Virus record (IMG/VR): IMGVR_UViG_3300030103_004672
Location: 1 to 64,000 of that record
Source: a virus
Strand: one strand, 5' to 3'
Length of the DNA stretch: 64,000 bases
The position numbers and the translations under genes were made by a program. Of this stretch, positions 56,664 through 64,000 are shown in pieces (within the stretch, counting starts at the first letter, position 1; the number at the start of each line of letters is the position of its first letter). Below the pieces are notes generated by a model. The model was not told where the DNA came from, did not search any database, and saw only the letters and a program-made list of their open reading frames with translations.

Positions 56664-56691
56664 TAAACAAATTGATAGCTAATGATATAAT
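56664..56691 (+). promoter_or_regulatory. Putative middle promoter TAAACA-N16-TATAAT
   Basis: Conserved bipartite motif. Confidence 0.7.
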
Positions 56692-56717
56692 TTATATACA
56701 TTTCTACAATATTTCAA

Positions 56718-57680
56718 ATGAAAAATATAAGTTCAATACTACTTACTGAAAAATATAGGCCCAAGAATTTAGATGATTTAATAGTACCTGAAAGGCTTAA
56801 CAATAAACTTAACAAAGGAATCTATCAACATTTGCTGCTATATGGATCTCCAGGAACTGGTAAGACTAGCGCTGCTAAGGCATTGGTGAAACACTTTAGT
56901 CATCCATACCTTTATATTAACGCTTCAACCGATACTAGCATAGATGTCGTCAGAACAAGAATCACGGATTTTTGTGCTAACAGGTCAGTGATGGATGCAT
57001 CTAACAAAATGAAAATAATTCTACTAGATGAGATCGATGGCGTATCTGATCAGTTCTTTAAAGCATTAAGAGCGACTATGGATCAGTTTTCGGCCAATGC
57101 CCGCTTTGTTGCAACATGCAACTATATAAACAAGGTACCAGATCCTATTCAGTCTAGGTTCGAACTAATAGACTTCGATTTTACAAAAGAGGAGGAGGCT
57201 GAAATCATGAAGTCATACATTATACGTGTCCTTAACATTTGTAAAGATGAAGGGATTAAGATCGATAAGTATGCGGCTGTAGAGCTTGTAAAAAGAAAAT
57301 TCCCAGATTTAAGAACAATACTTAATATGCTTCAGGGATTTAAGTCACAGGGTGATGATATGATCACTGTTGAAGATATTAAAAAGTTCAACTCTATATA
57401 CAAGGATGTGTTTGATTTAGTTATTGACAATACAGATCCTGTTAAAAATTATCAATATATGGTGTCTAATTACTCAAACAGGGTTGATGATGTTTTATCA
57501 TCTCTTGGTAGTGAGTTTATAGAATACATTCAGCAGGAGTTTAGTTCATACATTTCACTTATACCACAAATAGTTGTATGTGTCGCTAAGTACCAATCAC
57601 AACGTCAATTTGTTGTTGACCCGGTAGTGTCTATGTTAGCTTGTATTTATGAACTGCAATCAATAATTAACGAAGCATAA
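56718..57680 (+). CDS. Clamp loader large subunit (gp44/RFC-like)
   Basis: EKYRPK, GSPGTGKT, INAS, LDEID, IQSRF, PDLR. Confidence 0.92.
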   Translation: MKNISSILLTEKYRPKNLDDLIVPERLNNKLNKGIYQHLLLYGSPGTGKTSAAKALVKHFSHPYLYINASTDTSIDVVRTRITDFCANRSVMDASNKMKIILLDEIDGVSDQFFKALRATMDQFSANARFVATCNYINKVPDPIQSRFELIDFDFTKEEEAEIMKSYIIRVLNICKDEGIKIDKYAAVELVKRKFPDLRTILNMLQGFKSQGDDMITVEDIKKFNSIYKDVFDLVIDNTDPVKNYQYMVSNYSNRVDDVLSSLGSEFIEYIQQEFSSYISLIPQIVVCVAKYQSQRQFVVDPVVSMLACIYELQSIINEA

Positions 57681-57717
57681 ATTTTATTTTTAACAAAAAA
57701 AGTGTTATATTAAGTAT

Positions 57718-58926
57718 ATGGCAAATAACAGATACACATTATTAATAGACGGAAATTACTTTTTATTTAGAACCTTGTTTGTAAATCCAAGTTCTAGATC
57801 TGGTGAATTATTAGCAGATGAAAACTCTATTGCAGTCTTTGTTAGAAAACTAGCAACAGACCTTACTTATCAAATAAGACTATTCGATGGACTTATTGGC
57901 AATATAGTATGGGCACAGGATTCTAAATCATGGCGAAAGCCATTCCATCCTGAATTAGATTATAAGGGTAGTAGAAAGAAAAACAATAAAGTCAATTGGG
58001 ACAATTTTCAAAAGGCTTCTGAATCATTTACAAAGATTCTCGCACAATATGGAGTTAGTATTTCAAAAGCTGCAGGTGCAGAAGGAGATGACCTAGTATG
58101 GGCATGGTCTGAGAGACTAATAAATGACGGTACATCTTCTATAATTTTTTCAGGGGACAGAGACTTAATGCAATTGATCCAGAGAAGTGGCGACAACCAT
58201 ATCTTATTTTACAGCCCAACTCACAAAAACTTGTCTGTTCCCATAGGTTTCAATAACTGGATTAGTCATAAGGAAGATGACGAAGGCGTTGACATATTTA
58301 ACATGTCATCTATAAGTGAAAACCAAACTAAGCAAAAGCTAGAGTCGGTTATCAAGAAGAAAAAGATTGATCCCTCTGAATTAAATGTAGAAATATTTAA
58401 ACTTAACAAAGTTTTAACAGGTGACGCTGGTGACAATGTTCCGCCAGTCTATACAAAAATTGTTGCGGGCAAGGACGGTAAGGAGCGCAAGTATGGTGTG
58501 AGCGATAAGAAGGCTTCTAAAATTTGTATTGAATATGCAAAAAAATACAATGATTTGTCAATATCAAATCTTTTAACTGACGATGCCTGCACTTATATGG
58601 CTAACACTATTATTAAGAACTTAAATATACAAGACAAAACGCAGGAAGATATCATAGAATCAATTAAGCTTAATTGCAAGTTGATGATACTGTCAACTGA
58701 TTTAGTTCCATCGGAAGTATTAGAAGCAATGGAAGACGATATTAGCAACAATATAAATAATAAAACAGACTTATCTAAGTTTAAAAATATGAAATCTCTA
58801 TTAGCTAATAGCGATTTTGTTACAAAGGATTTAGAAATGGCACAATCGTCATCATTCTTAAAAGATGCAGGAGACAGCGATATGTCATTTATTACAGATG
58901 CTAAACAAAATCAAAGTTTGTTCTAA
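57718..58926 (+). CDS. rnh: RNase H / 5'-3' flap exonuclease
   Basis: LIDGN, YKGSR, EGDD, SGDRDL.QL, GDAGDNVP; ends QNQSLF. Confidence 0.88.
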   Translation: MANNRYTLLIDGNYFLFRTLFVNPSSRSGELLADENSIAVFVRKLATDLTYQIRLFDGLIGNIVWAQDSKSWRKPFHPELDYKGSRKKNNKVNWDNFQKASESFTKILAQYGVSISKAAGAEGDDLVWAWSERLINDGTSSIIFSGDRDLMQLIQRSGDNHILFYSPTHKNLSVPIGFNNWISHKEDDEGVDIFNMSSISENQTKQKLESVIKKKKIDPSELNVEIFKLNKVLTGDAGDNVPPVYTKIVAGKDGKERKYGVSDKKASKICIEYAKKYNDLSISNLLTDDACTYMANTIIKNLNIQDKTQEDIIESIKLNCKLMILSTDLVPSEVLEAMEDDISNNINNKTDLSKFKNMKSLLANSDFVTKDLEMAQSSSFLKDAGDSDMSFITDAKQNQSLF

Positions 58927-58933
58927 AATATAC

Positions 58934-59353
58934 ATGAAGCTATTTGACTACATATCAAAACTATTTGGATCGTCTGATCTCGAGTGGGAGAAAATAAAAG
59001 ACTATGACAAGTCTAAGAATTCATTTATGACTCAAAGATTTATGAGTATTAAATATCCTATTCAAGCTAATATGTTCAATGGCTTAAAAACTAACCCTGT
59101 AGGCATTGCAAATAGCTGGAGATTGGTTGCTTCAAAATTTAACCGAACGCCTTCATGGATCTATACCAAGGTTAAAAAGGCTTCGACAAAGACTAAAGAT
59201 AATTGGTCACCTAACCCTGAAGCTCTTAAAATGTATTTAAAGCTTAATGAAATTGGTACTAGAGAATTTGAGTTAGCTTTAAAGATGGAACCTACAACCG
59301 TTAAAGCATCGATAAATAAGTTAGAAAAACAGATGCATGTCAATGCTAATTAA
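58934..59353 (+). CDS. Clamp loader small subunit (gp62-like)
   Basis: MKLFDYI...FMTQRFMS...WIY pattern; near gp44. ATG 58934 is preferred. Confidence 0.55.
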   Translation: MKLFDYISKLFGSSDLEWEKIKDYDKSKNSFMTQRFMSIKYPIQANMFNGLKTNPVGIANSWRLVASKFNRTPSWIYTKVKKASTKTKDNWSPNPEALKMYLKLNEIGTREFELALKMEPTTVKASINKLEKQMHVNAN

Positions 59354-60002
59354 TACTTCGGAATTTAGTATACCAACAAGAATACATTTTACTCTCTTTA
59401 GATATGATCATACAGATTCGATTTTAATATCTAGAGTTAAGAGTACTTGCCATAATTATTCTAGAGATAAGGATTCAGATCATTTCATAGTAAGAGCATC
59501 ACACCTAAAAAATGCCATAGAGACTTCCAGTAGGCTTAGTCATATAGCAAAGTCTGGTGAAGGTGGTGACTTTAAGTCTCTAAAGCTTAATTCAGTAATT
59601 TTTATATGGAAGATACTTAATAGTATGTCTAATCTAAGACTTGTGTCTTTTAACGTATCAAAAGATAAAAACTACACCAGATTGTTTAAGCATGAAGGCA
59701 AGGACGTTTTTGGTTTTAACTTTAAGATCCAAGAAGGATTTATGGATCTTCCAAGAGTTTTATCAAGAAAAAACTTAGACAGATTCAATATGAAATTGAT
59801 AGAGATGGGTCTAATGAAAAATTCATTTTTATCTAGATCTCCATTTTTTCAAATGGATGCAAGTCTATTCTTTGAGGCTCTTGCGTTGGCACAGATGGAC
59901 CATGATGATCCAGAACTTGCATTGGTTTTAGAAAGTATTGATCCTCAGCTCGAAGAAGATAACCCAGTACTACTTGTTAAAACTGACTATTCAGCTTATT
60001 AA
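59337..60002 (+). CDS. Hypothetical protein
   Basis: 221-aa ORF in the operon; no recognised motif. Confidence 0.55.
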   Translation: MSMLINTSEFSIPTRIHFTLFRYDHTDSILISRVKSTCHNYSRDKDSDHFIVRASHLKNAIETSSRLSHIAKSGEGGDFKSLKLNSVIFIWKILNSMSNLRLVSFNVSKDKNYTRLFKHEGKDVFGFNFKIQEGFMDLPRVLSRKNLDRFNMKLIEMGLMKNSFLSRSPFFQMDASLFFEALALAQMDHDDPELALVLESIDPQLEEDNPVLLVKTDYSAY

Positions 60003-60011
60003 GATATATAA
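60003..60011 (+). promoter_or_regulatory. Putative late promoter GATATATAA
   Basis: Recurrent motif. Confidence 0.65.
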
Positions 60012-60037
60012 AAGGCAAGTAATTCACTCAATGTCTA

Positions 60038-61981
60038 ATGGCTGTAAACGGAACCACTACAAATGAAAATGGCGATGCCATTCTAATATCGCTTCAAGAA
60101 CCTTATAAAAATGTTGTTGAAGTTGTATCATTTACTGATGAAGTAGAAGGAGAGTCCACAGATTGTTTCTATACAAAACAATTCAGATGGGGAACCGATG
60201 GAGTTGCATATTCTGATTATGTAGACTTAACAAACGAAAACCTAGCAGCTTTACTATTAAATCCTGAGGAACCTTTCTGGATTCAATACAAATATACACA
60301 AGTTGGTGATTGCACTTTAGAGTTTAAATCAATTGCACTAGAAATAGTAACAGATGGCGGTGTGATCTGTAGAGTACCGCAGGTTGAGTGCTGCGATAGT
60401 CAGTCTATGTCAGGTGCACAAAACCTTGTAGTCGATTGCTGTGAATCTACATGGAATCCTTACGATTTGTCAAGAGCAAGTCAGATGTACAATCAATTGT
60501 CTTCTGTAGCTTCTCAGATATTCGGATTTTGTGTTAAATACTTTAAAACACAGGCTGATCAAAGATCAAAAGATGTTATATTAAAGGAATATTCATTATT
60601 TGATGTTATTGACACTGCAGAGGTCAAGCTGATGATTCCCGATAATGCATTTCCGACAAGGGAATTGCAATTTAACCCTTTAATGATTGACTACCCAGTC
60701 CAATTTGAAGTGCATATTGTAAAATCAGAGTTCGAGAAAGTTTTCGGGGCAGGAGCAAAACCTGAGATGCGAGATTATCTTTATTTTGAGCAATATCTTA
60801 ATAAGGTTTATGAAGTAGATGCAATAGCAGAGCCAGATGACTTCTTATATGCAGGATCTTATTGGCGGGTTAGTTTAGTACAATATCAGCAGAGAACGGC
60901 AGTACAATATCCAGATAAAAACATAGAAGCTGTAAAAGATGCTATTGTTACGTCAGTTGAAGAAGAATTTGGGGAAGAGCGAGAAAAAGAATTTAAGGAT
61001 GTACGCAAGCCTAAGCTTTATAACACAATCGGTAACCAAGATAACGATTACGTAAGGCGGATTCTTGATAAACAACTTATTATAAAACAGGAAAACGTTT
61101 ACAATTTCTATACAATAATCTCTAAATACCATTATAAGCTGAGCTCAATGAAAAAGGGTGAAGAGGCAGTAGAGTACCGATTTACAGATGGTTGGACTGC
61201 AGAACAAAATAGGGCATTCACAGGATGGATAAGGCCAACATATATAAACCAAATAGGAAGCAACGTACTAATAACGGCAGTTTCAGATATCGGTGGCCGA
61301 GCTGCATTGAGTACAAATGGTTTGCCACAGCCTGCAAATAGAAAGGTAGTAGCTGGTGATTTCTTGCGAATAACTGGCACAAATTCATATAATGGTATTC
61401 AGGAAATATTGTCGATTTCAGGTAATACAGTGATACTGAATACCCCATTTGTAGATGCTACTATAAACCCAAATGCTAAATTTAAGAAAGAAGGCGGAAG
61501 CAGATTTTTTGTTTACGAGTCAAATGACCAAGAATATTTTTCATTAATACAAACCGTAGGTGCTTTCATAGTAAACATAAATGATACTAAATATGAGTTT
61601 GATATGCCATTCCAGTTTCTTGCTAATAATTTTTATTCATATGTCATAAATCTTAACAATAAAGCTAGGCAATTAAGTTTATTTGTTTACGAAACTCAAA
61701 TGAACGTGACACAACCAAATGCGGGTTCTACAGGTGAACTTAAAAAGGTGTACGAAAACACCATTACGATTAGTCCTGTAGCAGTGCCTAGCGGACATTC
61801 TTGGAGGTTATTAGCTTCTGATGTTGACTTTACAAACAATAGAATATGGAATACTCCAATAGAAATAGAAGAACAGAATTTAGTATTGAGCCAATATGTG
61901 GTTAATGACACAAGTTTAGCTTTATTAATTGACAATGCATCTCCAAGGCTATTAGTTCCACGCACTAATAATCCAAGATAA
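60038..61981 (+). CDS. Neck protein (gp14-like) with N- and C-terminal extra domains
   Basis: Central GFCVKYF...FEVHIVK..F...FG...P...DYLYF...KVYEV pattern. Confidence 0.6.
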   Translation: MAVNGTTTNENGDAILISLQEPYKNVVEVVSFTDEVEGESTDCFYTKQFRWGTDGVAYSDYVDLTNENLAALLLNPEEPFWIQYKYTQVGDCTLEFKSIALEIVTDGGVICRVPQVECCDSQSMSGAQNLVVDCCESTWNPYDLSRASQMYNQLSSVASQIFGFCVKYFKTQADQRSKDVILKEYSLFDVIDTAEVKLMIPDNAFPTRELQFNPLMIDYPVQFEVHIVKSEFEKVFGAGAKPEMRDYLYFEQYLNKVYEVDAIAEPDDFLYAGSYWRVSLVQYQQRTAVQYPDKNIEAVKDAIVTSVEEEFGEEREKEFKDVRKPKLYNTIGNQDNDYVRRILDKQLIIKQENVYNFYTIISKYHYKLSSMKKGEEAVEYRFTDGWTAEQNRAFTGWIRPTYINQIGSNVLITAVSDIGGRAALSTNGLPQPANRKVVAGDFLRITGTNSYNGIQEILSISGNTVILNTPFVDATINPNAKFKKEGGSRFFVYESNDQEYFSLIQTVGAFIVNINDTKYEFDMPFQFLANNFYSYVINLNNKARQLSLFVYETQMNVTQPNAGSTGELKKVYENTITISPVAVPSGHSWRLLASDVDFTNNRIWNTPIEIEEQNLVLSQYVVNDTSLALLIDNASPRLLVPRTNNPR

Positions 61982-61988
61982 TATATAA
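61980..61988 (+). promoter_or_regulatory. Putative late promoter AATATATAA
   Basis: Recurrent motif before the terminase operon. Confidence 0.55.
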
Positions 61989-62003
61989 TATAAATAAAGA
62001 TAC

Positions 62004-62606
62004 ATGGAAGAATCTAAGAAAAATCTTAGAGAGAGCCTAGATGATATATTAGGCTCAGATTTACCAGATGAAGTTCCTGGACTTTCCGATGCTCCAGATT
62101 TAAGGCCCGTTAGAAAGACTAGCATAAATGTCGGTCTAGAACGCGCTAAGAAAAAGGCTACAAAAGTAATGGACTCACTCTTAAAATTTTATTTGAGTGA
62201 AGAAATTATCGAAGAACAGGAGTACATTAAGGCTAAAAGCGAACTTGATAAGTACGCATTGACTTCGTTAATAAGACAGATGGAAAATAGCGAAAAGGCT
62301 ATAACTACATTGATGGCAACTATTGATGAGGGTGATGTTTCGCCTAGAATGTTTGAAGTTCTTAGTGATTTGCAAAGAACTATGCTAGATATAATTAAGA
62401 GCCAAACAATGTACATGGTTGCAATTGAAGAGAACGCTAAAAAAATATCTAGAGATCTAGATGTTTATCATGGAACTAGTAACAAAAAACTTAAAGGCGA
62501 ATCCGGTGTGAAATCAAGGGGAACTAAGGATTTAATGAAAGCTTTACAAAATTCAATAAACGAAGAAAATATACAAGATGTCGATTCAAGTGAAGATGAA
62601 GAATAA
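62004..62606 (+). CDS. Terminase small subunit (gp16-like)
   Basis: SPRMFEV resembles the gp16 PRAYEV motif; GTKDLMKAL; upstream of gp17. Confidence 0.7.
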   Translation: MEESKKNLRESLDDILGSDLPDEVPGLSDAPDLRPVRKTSINVGLERAKKKATKVMDSLLKFYLSEEIIEEQEYIKAKSELDKYALTSLIRQMENSEKAITTLMATIDEGDVSPRMFEVLSDLQRTMLDIIKSQTMYMVAIEENAKKISRDLDVYHGTSNKKLKGESGVKSRGTKDLMKALQNSINEENIQDVDSSEDEE

Positions 62607-62868
62607 ATTTATTCTTATCAAAGATTTAGATGAAGATGGATTAACCGAAACCGAATCTGGTTTGTTTGTTCCAAAGGATAAATTAGAAGTAGGTAGAACT
62701 GCAATAGTATTAGCAGCCGGAGATTGTGATAAAGTTAAAAAAGGTGATATAGTCTATAAAATAAAAGGCAACGGAACGCCTATTATTCTGAATGATATTA
62801 AAATGGAGATGATTCATATAGACTTTATATTAGGTGTTATAGAAAATGGCGAAACCGCAACCACATAG
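62596..62868 (+). CDS. groES: GroES-like co-chaperonin (copy 2)
   Basis: ETESGLFVP mobile loop, VLAAG, VKKGDIV, ILGVIE. Confidence 0.75.
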   Translation: MKNKFILIKDLDEDGLTETESGLFVPKDKLEVGRTAIVLAAGDCDKVKKGDIVYKIKGNGTPIILNDIKMEMIHIDFILGVIENGETATT

Positions 62869-64000
62869 TGCAGGATTTGACTTCAGTGTAGATGCTGCAG
62901 AAAGTAATTTTTCTTGGTCAACTGAAAAAGTTAACCAATTGATGATTGCTTTAGATGAGGGCTATAAACCAAAAGCACACCCCTTTCATAGTGGTGATCC
63001 AAATCTCAGAAAGGGTAACATTGTATTTAATTATACAGATAAGGAAATTAAGGAAATACGAAAGTGTGCTACTGATATAGTTTATTTTGCAAATACCTAT
63101 TGTACTGTAATGACAGATGAGGGCTTGAAGTCTATAACACTAAGACCTTATCAGGAAGAAATGCTAGAGCAATTTCAAAACGAAAGGTTCAATGTATGCT
63201 TAGCAAGCCGACAGGTAGGAAAAACTATATGTTCATCAATTTTTGTTGCATGGTACTCACTTTTTAATTTTGATAAAAACGCATTAGTTCTTTCAAATAA
63301 AGGTGCAACCACAAGAGAGATTATTGATAAGGGTAAAACTATCTTAACCCACTTGCCTTTCTTTCTTAAACCTGGTGTGATAAAATGGGACGTATTTAGT
63401 TCAAAATTTGATAATGGTTGCAGAATTATTGGACAAACAACTACTAAGAAGGCTGCTATCGGTTTTACGATCCATCTTCTATTTATGGATGAGTTTGCAC
63501 ATATTCCAAATCAGTTTGTTGATACTTTTTATGAGAACGTTTATCCAACAATTTCGGCATCCACGACATCAAAGGTTATTATAACAAGCACACCAAACGG
63601 ATTTAATAAGTTTTACGATATTTACAATGGCGCTTCATCAGGACTGAATGAGTATACACCATTTAGAGTGGATTGGTGGGATGTCCCAGGACGTGATGAG
63701 GCATGGATGCAGCAAGAAGTTTCAAACCTTGGAAGCGAGGAGGCTTTTAACCGCCAATACGGAAATCAGTTTATAGCATCATCGTCTTTATTATTAAGTC
63801 CAGATAGTATTAAAAAACTTGGACAAAATAGAAAAGAATTCGTTTTTAGAGACATTCCAGAGTTTGAAGGAGAAGGTATAGATTACCAAGGTCTAGTTTG
63901 GGATCCTGATTTTGATATTGATGATGCATCTGATGAGCTGAACTATTACATGTTTTCAGTTGATATTGCAGAGGGAGCAGGCGGAGATTATTCAGTTATC
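62846..64000 (+). CDS. Terminase large subunit (gp17-like), 3'-truncated by the window edge
   Basis: Translated by hand from ATG 62846: LRPYQ, SRQVGKT, LFMDEFAH, ITSTPNG, VDIAEGAGGDYS. Confidence 0.93.
   Translation, partial: MAKPQPHSAGFDFSVDAAESNFSWSTEKVNQLMIALDEGYKPKAHPFHSGDPNLRKGNIVFNYTDKEIKEIRKCATDIVYFANTYCTVMTDEGLKSITLRPYQEEMLEQFQNERFNVCLASRQVGKTICSSIFVAWYSLFNFDKNALVLSNKGATTREIIDKGKTILTHLPFFLKPGVIKWDVFSSKFDNGCRIIGQTTTKKAAIGFTIHLLFMDEFAHIPNQFVDTFYENVYPTISASTTSKVIITSTPNGFNKFYDIYNGASSGLNEYTPFRVDWWDVPGRDEAWMQQEVSNLGSEEAFNRQYGNQFIASSSLLLSPDSIKKLGQNRKEFVFRDIPEFEGEGIDYQGLVWDPDFDIDDASDELNYYMFSVDIAEGAGGDYSVI

Noticed and set aside
11849-62595. Longest-ORF starts at 11849, 14926, 34369, 44217, 56701, 58865 and 62578
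   Set aside because: They overlap upstream genes or promoters, or use weak start codons. Downstream ATGs (11867, 14983, 34411, 44238, 56647, 58934, 62596) fit gene packing better.
1-64000. tRNA, rRNA, CRISPR array, or stop-codon reassignment
   Set aside because: Intergenic gaps are short and I saw no cloverleaf or repeat-spacer pattern. Genes are full length in the standard code and TAA, TAG and TGA all end genes. A tRNA/covariance scan was not run.

Overview
This is a 64-kb segment of a large T4-superfamily (myovirus-like) phage genome. It is AT-rich, uses the standard genetic code, is densely coding and lies almost entirely on the + strand. A Bacteroidota host is inferred from the lack of Shine-Dalgarno motifs and an Hc1-type histone-like gene. 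Gene order: baseplate/fibre structural genes; RuvC-like nuclease; GroES; gp32, primase, UvsY, UvsW; a cluster of proteins carrying T4-like capsid-targeting peptides; dNTPase; DNA polymerase fragment A; nrdB, nrdA; kdsA; Nudix; Hc1; a three-gene DNA-modification cassette; sliding clamp; HNH endonuclease; DNA polymerase fragment B; UvsX; gp41; gp47/46; gp15; gp55; gp4; gp2; portal; protease-scaffold fusion; major capsid protein; clamp loader; RNase H; gp14; gp16; a second GroES; and partial gp17. The best candidate for an undescribed system is the cassette at 32.1-35.3 kb: an apparent fusion of a T4 beta-glucosyltransferase-like base-flipping domain with an SGNH domain (ending in a clamp-binding-like tail), an amino-acid:DNA-transferase-like protein, and a PLP enzyme. 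It is co-regulated with the replisome and lies between the two polymerase halves. Other notable features: a putative virion-packaged, protease-processed ligase-like/HIGH-nucleotidyltransferase/nuclease module; two phage promoter classes (TAAACA-N16-TATAAT and RATAWATAA); an 11-nt-periodic GGCA array in the ssb leader; and a nested scaffold gene with its own promoter. All homology calls come from motif recognition by eye; no database searches were run.
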